From a virus (Duplodnaviria; Caudoviricetes), in the IMG/VR virus record IMGVR_UViG_3300048575_000492, positions 1 to 41,439 of that record: a stretch of 41,439 nucleotides of DNA, one strand, 5' to 3'. Shown here in pieces: positions 8,354-16,982 of the stretch. The number at the start of each line of letters is the position of its first letter. The stretch's first letter is position 1. A program made the translations under genes and the position numbers. The notes beneath the pieces were generated by a model, which saw nothing but the letters and a program-made list of their open reading frames with translations, had not been told where the DNA came from and made no database searches.

Positions 8354-11300
8354 CGCGGGATCCCTCGCGGCCGAACGCCGTATTTCTGACGCATGGCCCG
8401 ATCGGCGCCGCCGCCCGGCGTGCTGACGGCATCGCCGACCGCGTCGGAGATCACGAACTTTTCCTGGCGCCGACCGCGCGAGTCCCGCGTGGTCTCATGC
8501 CGAACCTGGGCCCCGGAGAAATTGTTGATGACAATGTTTGAGCCGCCGTCCTGGCCGCCTTGGCCTCCGGCCCATGACGCCCTGACGCCCATCCGCCCGG
8601 CCGCGTCCCGCGTCAGGGGGAAAATCCCTTCCGTTTCGCCGGCCTCGCCCATGACGCCGCCGCCCTTGGCGAACGCGAAGACGGTCGGCGTCGACACGAC
8701 CTGATTGGCATAGCTGTGCAGACCTCTGGCCGCCGGGACACCACCAAGTGCGTAGGGCAAAAACGCCGCGGAGTTGTTCGCGCCCCAGCCGCTGCCGCCG
8801 GTGAACAAGGAGCCCAGCCAAGAGAAGAAACCACCGCCGCCACCCGAGCCGCCGGCGGCACCCGAAATGCCGTTGAGCAGTTGGCTGAGCACCGAGCCGA
8901 GCCCCGGAATGAACTGGTCGACGATGCCGGCGATGCCCTGGTTCAGCACCGAGAACGACGCGTTGAGGCCGGATACCTGCTGCTCGGCCCAGCCGGTACC
9001 GTAAGGCGAAACGCCGGCAGGCATTGTCGCGGCCTGCGCTGGCGTCAGCGACAGGCTGGACGGATAGCCCGAGACGCTGCCCGTCGCGCCCGTCGCCGCG
9101 CCCTTGGTGCTGCTGGCGAACGACTCGAGACCCGTCGTCGCCGAGCCCAGCGCCGCGTTGAACTTGTCGACATAGGCGCTTCCGGTGGTGCCGAGGATAT
9201 CGGTCGCATTGGCGCCCTGCGCCAGCGGCCGGCCGGTGAACCAGGCGCTGGCGGCGTCGTTGGCATTGCCGAACCGGCTCACAAGGCCGCCGAAGATCTT
9301 GTTGAACACGGCGTCCTGGGCGTCGGGCGAGGATAGAAACGCCGTCGGCGACATGGAATAGCCGAGCGCCTGTTGCGTCCATGGCCCGACATTGGCGCCC
9401 ATCACGCCGTAGCGCCCATAGGCTCGGTCGCCCTTTGCGGTGAGCGGGCCCAGCGCGCCATATCGGCCGCTACTCTCGATCGAGGCGATCGCCTCTCGGT
9501 ACTTGGCGAGAAGATCGGTGCCGCCGACAACGCCGAGGCCATTGCTGTTGGCGGCAGTGAGATTGCCGAACAGTCCACCCGCGCCGGCGCCCCCGAAGGT
9601 CACGAACACCGGATTGGCAGCCGAAGCGCCGCGCGCCGTGCCGCCCAGCAGGCTCGATGCGAGATCTCCGAACAGGCCGCCGCCAGCTTCGCCCTGTCGG
9701 CCGAGCAGGCCTTGCGTCAGGTTGTCGGTGACAATGCCCTTAGCCCAGTTCATGGCGGTCTTGCCGATCGAATCCCAGTCGCCATCCAACAGCGAGCCGA
9801 GCATCGAATCGGTTGCCGAGCGCAGGCCGTCCATCCGGCCGATCGCTTCCTGCTGCGCCTTGGTCAGCTTGTCCATGTCGCCGGCAGCAGCGCCGTAGCG
9901 GGCGCCGGCTTCACCGATCGCCTTGGCGAGCTCGGGCGTCATCTGGATGCCGGCGCGGGTGTACTCGTTGTAAAGCCGCATTTGCTCGGTCAGGTTCGCC
10001 GCCTCGCCTGCCGACAGGCCAAAGGTCGACCGCTGCAGGGCGACGGCGCGCTCCAGCTCGGTGGCCGAGCGGGCCGCATCCTGCAGCGGCTGGATGGCGG
10101 CGGACCTGGTCGCCGTCTGGATTTCCAGCTCGCGCGCCTGGCGCAGATTGTCGATCGCCTCCTTGGCACCGGCCGCCATCTCGATCTCAAGATCGTAACG
10201 GGCGTTGATCTGCGCGATCGTCGACGGCAGGCCGGTGAGGCCAACACCGACCGACGCGCTGCGCGCTTGCTCGAGGGTGCTGCGGGAGGATGCGGCCTCC
10301 TGGGCAAAGACGTTGGCGCGGGCAGCCCGCTCCGCCTCGGCGATCTGGGCCTCCGATTGGCCACCCTGCCGCAGCGCCTCAACGCGCGCCTGGGCCGCCG
10401 CGATTGAGGCGCGCTCGGCCGCCGTGCGGGCGACAATGGCTTGGGTGCCGAGATCGTCGGACTGGCGCGTCAGATCCAGCTGGCGCTGTACCTCGGCGAG
10501 TGCTTCGGTACGGCGGCGGTTGAGCGTCTCGACTTCGCCCAGTGTTTGCGCGGAGCCGATCGAAGATCCATAGATGTCTTCGATCTTCTGGGAGTTGGTC
10601 CGCTGGTCGGGCACGAAGTCGCCGAGCTGGCGGAAGCCGCTCGCCGCCAGAGACTGGTTGCGAACGAACTTCTGGTATTCCGCTGACAGCTTGGGCAAAT
10701 CGCGAAGGGCGGCTTCGACGGTGGCTCGCAAAGTATCGGTCTCGGCGGTCGTCTCGATGATCGCGTCAATCAGTTTCTTGAGTTCATCGTCGGCCGTAGT
10801 GTTGCCGATGCTCGTGAGCTGTTTGCGAAGCTCTTCCAGCGCCTTCCCGCTCTCATCCGTTGAGTCGATGAAGGTGCGAAGCGGCGCCTCGATCGGCAGC
10901 GCAGGACCTAGCACCATGCCAGACTGGTCGATGAACCGAGCGCGCAGCGCGTTGCGATCGCGCTCCAGTTCAGTTGATAGGTTGCGCTTCAAATCCTCGG
11001 CGTTGACGCCGGCCTGGAAGGCAAGAATGCTTTTCTCTTCGGTCCGCAGCTTGCCGACGTTGGCCGCCGCCTCGCCATAGGCTTCCTTGATCCGCTTCAC
11101 TAGCTCTTCATGGCGAGCCAACGCTTCCTCGGCGGTTGGTCCCTCTTGCCGCGTCACGGCGTAAAGGCCGATCATGGCGACGCCGGCTGCTGCGGCGGCA
11201 GCCGTCAGATATGGGAACTTGGTGATGAGGCCCGTCACCTTCGTCGAGATGTCGGACATGGCGCCTGAAACGCCGCCCTCCCACATTTGCATCGTCTGGA

Positions 11301-11850
11301 AGATCTGCGGTCCCTGGCTCGCCGCGATCTGACCGGCCGGCATGCCCAGCATCGCCATCGTGGCGACGTCGTTGGCCTGCATCCCCATCTGCATCCAGCC
11401 GAAGCTTCGCCGGGATGCGCCGGCCGTGGCCTGCGCCTGCGCCGTCCCAAGCCCCTTGATCGCCGCGATCGTCGACAACGCCTGTTGCCGCTGGCGGGCG
11501 AGTGCCGCCGTCATCTCGTCGGCCGAAAGCGCCCCCATGGCGTGCGCCGTGCGGATCTCAGTCTGCGCCGCCTTGTACTGCTGGATGGTCGCGAACAGCG
11601 GGTTGTACTTGGCGCGCAGGTTGTCGAGGGCCATGCCCTCCGACGCCAGGATGCCCTGCCACGTCTTTGCCTGGGCGGTGCCGTCATGCAGACCACCGAG
11701 CGCCGCGTCGAGCGTCTGCACCTTGGGTGTCGCCTGGGCGGCCTCCTGGCCGATCGACTGGACGGCCTGCCGGGCCTCGCCGGCGCCGGCCTTGGCGCGG
11801 GCGGCATCGAGATCGACGCCAATGGAGACCCGGAATTGGTTGGCCATCAC
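8350..11850 (-). CDS. Tail tape measure protein with an embedded lytic-transglycosylase-like domain
   Basis: 1166 aa, Ala-rich and helical; lambda-type N-terminal motif QANDVATM..QQGPQI-like; AIASIESSG..AYGRYGVM lysozyme-like segment; C-terminal FAKGG..MGEAG..EGIFPL. Confidence 0.95.
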   Translation of the reverse strand: MMANQFRVSIGVDLDAARAKAGAGEARQAVQSIGQEAAQATPKVQTLDAALGGLHDGTAQAKTWQGILASEGMALDNLRAKYNPLFATIQQYKAAQTEIRTAHAMGALSADEMTAALARQRQQALSTIAAIKGLGTAQAQATAGASRRSFGWMQMGMQANDVATMAMLGMPAGQIAASQGPQIFQTMQMWEGGVSGAMSDISTKVTGLITKFPYLTAAAAAAGVAMIGLYAVTRQEGPTAEEALARHEELVKRIKEAYGEAAANVGKLRTEEKSILAFQAGVNAEDLKRNLSTELERDRNALRARFIDQSGMVLGPALPIEAPLRTFIDSTDESGKALEELRKQLTSIGNTTADDELKKLIDAIIETTAETDTLRATVEAALRDLPKLSAEYQKFVRNQSLAASGFRQLGDFVPDQRTNSQKIEDIYGSSIGSAQTLGEVETLNRRRTEALAEVQRQLDLTRQSDDLGTQAIVARTAAERASIAAAQARVEALRQGGQSEAQIAEAERAARANVFAQEAASSRSTLEQARSASVGVGLTGLPSTIAQINARYDLEIEMAAGAKEAIDNLRQARELEIQTATRSAAIQPLQDAARSATELERAVALQRSTFGLSAGEAANLTEQMRLYNEYTRAGIQMTPELAKAIGEAGARYGAAAGDMDKLTKAQQEAIGRMDGLRSATDSMLGSLLDGDWDSIGKTAMNWAKGIVTDNLTQGLLGRQGEAGGGLFGDLASSLLGGTARGASAANPVFVTFGGAGAGGLFGNLTAANSNGLGVVGGTDLLAKYREAIASIESSGRYGALGPLTAKGDRAYGRYGVMGANVGPWTQQALGYSMSPTAFLSSPDAQDAVFNKIFGGLVSRFGNANDAASAWFTGRPLAQGANATDILGTTGSAYVDKFNAALGSATTGLESFASSTKGAATGATGSVSGYPSSLSLTPAQAATMPAGVSPYGTGWAEQQVSGLNASFSVLNQGIAGIVDQFIPGLGSVLSQLLNGISGAAGGSGGGGGFFSWLGSLFTGGSGWGANNSAAFLPYALGGVPAARGLHSYANQVVSTPTVFAFAKGGGVMGEAGETEGIFPLTRDAAGRMGVRASWAGGQGGQDGGSNIVINNFSGAQVRHETTRDSRGRRQEKFVISDAVGDAVSTPGGGADRAMRQKYGVRPRGIPR

Positions 11851-12218
11851 TCGTCCCGCTTGTTGAGCAGCGGCAACGCCGCCCGTTCCATGTGCCTGAG
11901 GTCGGCGAACGTTCCCTGCGGCGACCCCAGGTCATCCAGCACCAGCCGGCAGGCCGTGTAGTCGAGGCCGATGTAGATCAGTCCGGCCATCGTCGCCGCC
12001 GTCCGCCAGCTCGTCTCGCACTCCAGCCAGGCGGCGATGGCTGGCTCGTTGGCCGGGTGGATCTTGATCGTTGCTTCGTCGTCGGGCGTCGCCGTGATCG
12101 TGACGCCCAGATTTTTGAACTGGCCGGTCAGGTCGTCGTCGACGGTCGCCGGCTTGTCCCTTGGCGCCTGTCCCAGGTAGGCGGCGGCCCAGGCCGCCAC
12201 CGCCTCCTTCAGTTTCCC
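11847..12218 (-). CDS. Tail assembly chaperone T portion (DUF1799-like), reached by -1 frameshift
   Basis: Open -1 frame KLKEAVAAW..TSWR..IGLDY..MERAAL lies between chaperone G and the tape measure gene and begins at the slippery site. Confidence 0.85.
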   Translation of the reverse strand, partial: GKLKEAVAAWAAAYLGQAPRDKPATVDDDLTGQFKNLGVTITATPDDEATIKIHPANEPAIAAWLECETSWRTAATMAGLIYIGLDYTACRLVLDDLGSPQGTFADLRHMERAALPLLNKRDE

Positions 12219-12622
12219 AGGCGGGCCTTGTCCTCGGAGATCGCCTCGGCATAGGCGCGGTTCAGCGCGGCCCGCACGCGGTCCATGTTGTAGAGCGCGG
12301 CAAACGACTGGTCCTCGAACGGGATCGGCTGGCCCTTGCTGTCGACGACGTTGCGCCAGTCGACCAGCACCTGTCGCACGGCGCGCTTGTCGTGCGCCTC
12401 CAGCTCGTCGGCGACCGCCTTCAGTGCCGCTTCGTCGAGGTCGGGCGATACCCGCGCCATGATCTGGCGGCGCGCTTCTGCCGACGCTTTGGCTTCGTTG
12501 CGATCGAGCAGCTTGAACTCTGCCTGGAACTCCTGCTCGATCAGCTTGCCCGGCTGTTCCGGATCCGGCTCCAGCACCTTCACCGGCCACCAGAACGTCA
12601 GGTTGGGAACGACTTTGAACAT
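12209..12622 (-). CDS. Tail assembly chaperone G
   Basis: 137 aa between tail tube and tape measure genes, ending in ..RLGN at the slippery site. Confidence 0.88.
   Translation of the reverse strand: MFKVVPNLTFWWPVKVLEPDPEQPGKLIEQEFQAEFKLLDRNEAKASAEARRQIMARVSPDLDEAALKAVADELEAHDKRAVRQVLVDWRNVVDSKGQPIPFEDQSFAALYNMDRVRAALNRAYAEAISEDKARLGN
12212..12218 (-). other. Programmed -1 ribosomal frameshift site G GGA AAC
   Basis: X XXY YYZ heptamer GGGAAAC immediately before the TGA of the G gene (CTG GGA AAC TGA); analogous to lambda G/GT GGGAAAG. Confidence 0.88.
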
Positions 12623-12647
12623 GGTTGAAACGCCCTTCGAAACCGGC

Positions 12648-13574
12648 TCACTTGACGGTGATGGTGAACTCGTCGTTGCCCTCGTCCGGCAGGAACATCA
12701 GCGGCAGCGTGTTGTTGAGGATGCGCTGGGTCTCGCCGTAGGTCAGGCGGCCGATCTGAACCTTCGGCGCGTCCAGAGCCACGATGTTGCCAGCTGTCAC
12801 GCCGTGAACGACGGCCAGGGTGCCGGTCTGGTGACTACGCGCCGTGGAGAGCCAGTTCTTCGTGGCAAGTGAGACCATCTCGAGGATGGCCGAGCCGGTC
12901 ATTTGGCGATCGACGTGCTCGACAGTCTCTGCGCCGATGAGGAATCGGGGCTCAATCTGGTTCCCGAGGTCCAGCGTGATACCCTCGGCAATGCGAGCGG
13001 CGCCATGAAGCGACAGGGTCGTATTCGTTTTGCCCACTGTCACGGGCGTGATGAACTTGGTTACGTCGACGGTCGGCAAAGCCACATCCGCCACGGTACC
13101 GATCAATCCAGTGAACGTGAACCGGAAACGCGGGATAGCCTTGGGCTTCATATCCAGCGTCATCGTGCCTCGGGTGTAGACCATCGCCTGGTTCACACCG
13201 TCGTTGTTGAAGTAGATCGTCGCCGTCTCCTGGCCCGAGCTGACCGGCGAATAGACGACGTCGGTTGCTGCGGTGATGACCTCGGCAAGCCCACAGGACC
13301 GAAGCAACGGACCGTAGGCCGGTGCAGTGCCAGCAGCGCCGGCGCCGGCGATCTCAACCTCGCCGGTCAGGCGGGCATAGTTGCCGTCCAGGATGATGCC
13401 CTGATGCCCCATGTAGGGCAGCACCAGGTCGCGGCTGAGATCGTCGCCGAGCAGTGGCTCGAAGCTGACGTTGGTCATCAGCATGGCATTCGCCGCGCCG
13501 GTGGGAATAACGTCCGTGCCGAGCACGGTTTCAATTTTGGCGAGGATCGCCCTATTGCGCCAATGCTTGGCCAT
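12648..13574 (-). CDS. Major tail tube protein (non-contractile tail)
   Basis: 308 aa, beta-rich and Thr/Gly-rich; ILAKIE..G.D and PAYGPLLRSCG motifs; position before the chaperones. Confidence 0.85.
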   Translation of the reverse strand: MAKHWRNRAILAKIETVLGTDVIPTGAANAMLMTNVSFEPLLGDDLSRDLVLPYMGHQGIILDGNYARLTGEVEIAGAGAAGTAPAYGPLLRSCGLAEVITAATDVVYSPVSSGQETATIYFNNDGVNQAMVYTRGTMTLDMKPKAIPRFRFTFTGLIGTVADVALPTVDVTKFITPVTVGKTNTTLSLHGAARIAEGITLDLGNQIEPRFLIGAETVEHVDRQMTGSAILEMVSLATKNWLSTARSHQTGTLAVVHGVTAGNIVALDAPKVQIGRLTYGETQRILNNTLPLMFLPDEGNDEFTITVK

Positions 13575-13575
13575 C

Positions 13576-13746
13576 TCAGTTGCTCCTCTTGGCCGGCTTT
13601 GCAGCTGCGGCGGGCGTCACGTTGACCGTGAGCTCCGTATCTGCCGGGACGATGATCTCCACCTCGGCGGCAGGACCGGTGCGTAGCGTGAGCTCACCGG
13701 TCTTCGGGTCGCGGCTATACGAGCCGCCCTCGGAAATTCCCTTCAT
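13576..13746 (-). CDS. Small hypothetical virion-region protein
   Basis: 56 aa MKGISEGGSYSRDPKTG..; ATGA overlap with the upstream gene and fills the gap to the tail tube gene. Confidence 0.65.
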   Translation of the reverse strand: MKGISEGGSYSRDPKTGELTLRTGPAAEVEIIVPADTELTVNVTPAAAAKPAKRSN

Positions 13747-14165
13747 GATCCCTCCAGAAAGCGGCTGGTCTCCCAGGTCTGAACGTAGGCGGTGGCACCA
13801 TTGCCCATCGGCGCCGCCTGGGCGGCGACCAGCTGCATGGGGTCTTCCATGCCAGGGCCGATCCAACCGGCCAACGCGCCCTCGATGGCATCTTTGTAGG
13901 CGTCGAAGCCGGCCACCCGTTGCGCCCCCTTGGCATCGCTATGCCGGCGCACGACGAAGGCAACGAGCAGCTGCGTGTGTACGAGCTGGCGGAATGAGCC
14001 CATCCCATAAGGTGACTCTTCGGCACGCTCGCGATATGGCAGCACGAAGGCCGTACCGCTTCGCGGTGCCGTGCCTTTTGCCAGGGCGTCGAGATCCTCG
14101 GCTCCCTGCACGTCGGTGAGAATGGTGGCTTCAGCCTTGAGTCGAGCGACGATCTCGTCGATCAC
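13743..14165 (-). CDS. Tail terminator / head-tail joining protein (Mu gp37-like position)
   Basis: 140 aa after the gp36-like gene; ..IEGALAGW.P pattern. Confidence 0.7.
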   Translation of the reverse strand: MIDEIVARLKAEATILTDVQGAEDLDALAKGTAPRSGTAFVLPYRERAEESPYGMGSFRQLVHTQLLVAFVVRRHSDAKGAQRVAGFDAYKDAIEGALAGWIGPGMEDPMQLVAAQAAPMGNGATAYVQTWETSRFLEGS

Positions 14166-14590
14166 AGCCAGCCCTCCAGCTTATCTTGGCTGAAGACCGG
14201 CTCCGGACCGGTGACGGCAATACCGCCGCTCGACGCGTTGGCCAGCGAGCCATCGGCCGGGTCGATCGGCAAATCAATCTGACCTCGCCCCACGTCCTTC
14301 AGCGCCGCGATCGCCGTGTTGTAGTCGCGAACGACATGGTCCGGCGGGCCGTCGCGATGCAGCCGGTACCGAGCGATCGCTACAGCCCAAGTGCGGACGA
14401 GGTCCGGCACTGCAGTGAGCGGGATCGCGTAGCGGACGGCTAGGTAGCCGTTGATCATGTTGTCCGCATGCGCGAGCGCTGCGGCGATCACGTCGGCGTC
14501 TGCCTCGCCGTCATTGTCGCGGTCGGCCACCTGGAGAATTTCCTCCTGGCCGGCCAGCTCGTTCAGGTCCGCGAGGCTCGCGTAGGACAC
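14162..14590 (-). CDS. Head-tail connector, Mu gp36 / DUF1320 family
   Basis: SYASLADL..INGYLAVRYAIPL..IARYRL..VRDYNTAIAALKDV signature. Confidence 0.9.
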   Translation of the reverse strand: MSYASLADLNELAGQEEILQVADRDNDGEADADVIAAALAHADNMINGYLAVRYAIPLTAVPDLVRTWAVAIARYRLHRDGPPDHVVRDYNTAIAALKDVGRGQIDLPIDPADGSLANASSGGIAVTGPEPVFSQDKLEGWL

Positions 14591-14593
14591 CGG

Positions 14594-14854
14594 TCACTCT
14601 CCGTCTTCAGGCAGGGAGATCCGGCCGGGCTGGAAGATGGCGCGATTGAGCGCCATGAAGCCCTGCTCGATGTCGGTGCGGGCGATCGCCAGCCAACGGC
14701 CATCGATACCCATCTCCGGCGCTGCGTTTCTCAGCGCGTCGAGGCGCCGCAGCACGCGCTCTTCGAGAACCTTGTTCTCGTTGACGATGGCGACATTCTC
14801 ATCGCTCTGCGAGCGGTAGCCGGCAACGGGAAGACCTACGTGCTTGTTGTCCAA
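14594..14854 (-). CDS. acb2: Acb2-like anti-CBASS cyclic-oligonucleotide sponge
   Basis: MDNKH..GYR..N..K..GRWLAIARTDIEQGFMALNRAIFQP closely follows the Acb2 pattern; TTG start preceded by GGAGG. Confidence 0.85.
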   Translation of the reverse strand: MDNKHVGLPVAGYRSQSDENVAIVNENKVLEERVLRRLDALRNAAPEMGIDGRWLAIARTDIEQGFMALNRAIFQPGRISLPEDGE

Positions 14855-14856
14855 GA

Positions 14857-15510
14857 TCAGTCCTCCACGCGGACGCCGTTATCCCAGTCTTTCGACACCA
14901 GGTCGCGAGCGGCCAGGCTCGCGTGTGCCGCCATGGTGAGCGCCAGCCACCCACCACGCACCGTCCGGACGCCGTCGTGACGCACCGTGCGGTACGCCAA
15001 GAACTTCCGACGCTCGATGCGCGGCAGTCCGAGGATCTGCGTCTTGATCGCCTCGATAGTCTTCTCGTCGAGGCCAGCCTGGGCGGCGAAAGCCTCTGCG
15101 ACCTGGTCGCTGGTAGAGTCGGCCGCCGGAAGGACGTCCGCCTCGTCCTTTCCGGCAGCCTCGCCGGTTTCCGTCGCCTGCGCGGCGGCGGCAACAGCCT
15201 CCGCGCTCGACGACGGTGCGCCCTCCATAACGGACGTGGGCTCCGGCTCTGCGGTGTTGGGGACAGCAACGGACGGGAGTCCCCCAGAAAACTCGGTGTT
15301 GGTGGCGGTCGCCGACGCGAGAGCCGTCATCCCGGCGTCGGCTACCTTGCCGGCTTCCGTCGTCTGCACTTCGGGGGCATCCCCGGTGACATTCGTGGAC
15401 GACTGCGCACCCTCGGAAGGGTTCGGCTCGGCGGTTGGGGCCGCTTTGGCGGACGGCTGCCCCTCGGTATTGGTGGATTTCGCGGCGGGTTTGGTGGCGC
15501 GCTTGGCCAT
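14857..15510 (-). CDS. Hypothetical head-region protein, low-complexity N-terminus with small C-terminal domain (Mu gp35 position)
   Basis: Start MAKRATKP (ATG at 15510, RBS GAGG); A/E/T/P-rich, then RTVRHDG..GGWL. Confidence 0.7.
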   Translation of the reverse strand: MAKRATKPAAKSTNTEGQPSAKAAPTAEPNPSEGAQSSTNVTGDAPEVQTTEAGKVADAGMTALASATATNTEFSGGLPSVAVPNTAEPEPTSVMEGAPSSSAEAVAAAAQATETGEAAGKDEADVLPAADSTSDQVAEAFAAQAGLDEKTIEAIKTQILGLPRIERRKFLAYRTVRHDGVRTVRGGWLALTMAAHASLAARDLVSKDWDNGVRVED

Positions 15511-15564
15511 GGTTGCCTCTCTCGGAGTTTGCCGGGCTGGCGGCATTCGTCGGCCTGGGAAACT

Positions 15565-15589
15565 CCGCCCCGGCGCGGGGCCGGGGCGG
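15565..15589 (-). terminator. GC-rich hairpin after the capsid gene, possible terminator or processing site
   Basis: 10-bp stem CCGCCCCGGC/GCCGGGGCGG with a 5-nt loop; only a short U tract (AGTTT) follows on the minus strand. Confidence 0.45.
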
Positions 15590-15611
15590 CAGTCGGCAAT
15601 GCTCCGCCGGG

Positions 15612-16544
15612 TTAGATGACGTCTTCGAACAGGTAGCCGAGCTCGATGGCGGAGATCACTTCCTTGACGCTTTCGCCGGACCGTACGCGCTCCGATCCGC
15701 GCAACCCGGTCTTCGGCTCGGGGATGGAGCCGGAAACACGCGTGCCGAATTGGGCGGTCCAACCGAAAGTCGGAGTGGCGCTGATGCTGTCGGCAAGTGG
15801 CGCCTTGTAGAAGAGCAGCGCGTTGTTGCCCCAGGCGCGCTGGCGCACCACCGCCTGACCGGGCTTGGCCGAGTTGACCCAGCCCTCGCCAACGAGGATG
15901 TCGTCCAGTTCGAGAAGGTCGGCGACCGCCCGCTTGTTGGCGTAGCCGTCCGCCGCGCCGGAGGGCGTCAGGGCGCGAAGCACGCTCGGGTTGGTGCGCA
16001 GCGCCGTCCACCCCGGACGACTGACCGCCATGTTGTTGGGACGCATGATCATGCCGTCGGCCGCCTCCGCGACAGCCGTGATCGGCTTGCTGTCGGCATG
16101 GCTCCACTGCGAGGTACCGCTAAGCGCCTCGGTGTTGGCGGCGGGATAAACGCTCGCGTCGAACACCATGTTGGCAACCCGGACCTCGCGGTCGAGCAGC
16201 ACAAGGTCGATCAGCTTCTGAGCCGCAAAGGCGCGCGGATCGTAGCCGGCCGGGGCGTTGCTGACGTCGGCGTTGGGAACCACGTCGTCGAGACCATAGT
16301 CATCGGTCCGGTCAGGGGTCTCAGTGGCATTGAACTCCACCGTGTTCGGCTCCGATTTGCGGCCGACCTTGGTGTCATGCAGCGTGATGAACTGACCGAA
16401 ATCGAACTTCCACCACTTGAACTCTTCGCGGGGTAGAAGAGGATTGAGGCGCGGCAGCACCGCGTCGGCAATCAAAGCGCCATTCTTGTAGGCCTGGACA
16501 ATGCCGACCAGCACTGGGTCGACGGGGAAAGGCTGACCGGACAT
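15612..16544 (-). CDS. Major capsid protein
   Basis: 310 aa after the protease and decoration genes; PVLVGIVQAYKN..IAD.V.P and final G.LFEDV pattern of HK97-fold capsids. Confidence 0.9.
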   Translation of the reverse strand: MSGQPFPVDPVLVGIVQAYKNGALIADAVLPRLNPLLPREEFKWWKFDFGQFITLHDTKVGRKSEPNTVEFNATETPDRTDDYGLDDVVPNADVSNAPAGYDPRAFAAQKLIDLVLLDREVRVANMVFDASVYPAANTEALSGTSQWSHADSKPITAVAEAADGMIMRPNNMAVSRPGWTALRTNPSVLRALTPSGAADGYANKRAVADLLELDDILVGEGWVNSAKPGQAVVRQRAWGNNALLFYKAPLADSISATPTFGWTAQFGTRVSGSIPEPKTGLRGSERVRSGESVKEVISAIELGYLFEDVI

Positions 16545-16591
16545 AGAGGGCTCCTGGAGCTACGGCGTTCAAAGGGAATGATGGCCGGCGA

Positions 16592-16972
16592 TTAGGCCGC
16601 CGGCTGGGTGAGAGCACCTCGCTGGACGAAGACGGGCACGAAGTCGCCGCTGGCGGCCCCGACCATCGAAAAGCCCCCGGTGGTGACGCTGGTGCCGGCG
16701 CTGGGCGCGGCGGCAACGGCGACCCCGGCAGCGCCAGCGGTAATCAGAGCACCGGGCGTGATGGCGCCGCCGGCGACGACTTCGGCCGGACCGAACATGA
16801 CGACGTCGATGCGCTCGCCGCTGGCGGCGCCGGACGGGAAGTCGGTGACGCCGGCGATCTTGTCGGTCGCGGCGGTGGCCAGCGCCACCTCACCGTCGTT
16901 AGCGGTGAACTTGACAAAGCGGCGATGGCCGATGGCGCCCGACGCGACGAAGGTTTTGATGTGCGGGTTCAT
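16592..16972 (-). CDS. Capsid decoration/cement protein (DUF2190-like)
   Basis: 126 aa Gly/Ala-rich beta protein between protease and capsid; start MNPHIK. Confidence 0.8.
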   Translation of the reverse strand: MNPHIKTFVASGAIGHRRFVKFTANDGEVALATAATDKIAGVTDFPSGAASGERIDVVMFGPAEVVAGGAITPGALITAGAAGVAVAAAPSAGTSVTTGGFSMVGAASGDFVPVFVQRGALTQPAA

Positions 16973-16982
16973 GCGAGGTTCC

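Noticed and set aside
9373-10407. 344-aa plus-strand ORF
   Set aside because: Antisense shadow of the tape measure gene.
12219-12590. N-terminal half of the 247-aa ORF 11847..12590
   Set aside because: Overlaps chaperone G out of frame; only the part after the slippery site looks protein-like.
15527-15548. GTTTGCCGGGCTGGCGGCATTC, similar to the hairpin at 38254-38276 in inverted orientation
   Set aside because: Short, GC-rich, in the opposite orientation and with an imperfect stem; may be chance, so not counted as a copy of the early-cassette element.
15511-16107. N-terminal extension of the 416-aa ORF (and similar extensions of ORFs ending at 3843, 7776, 21692, 23667, 34843, 38365, 38934)
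   Set aside because: They overlap upstream genes in other frames; internal starts with RBS or stop/start overlaps fit better.
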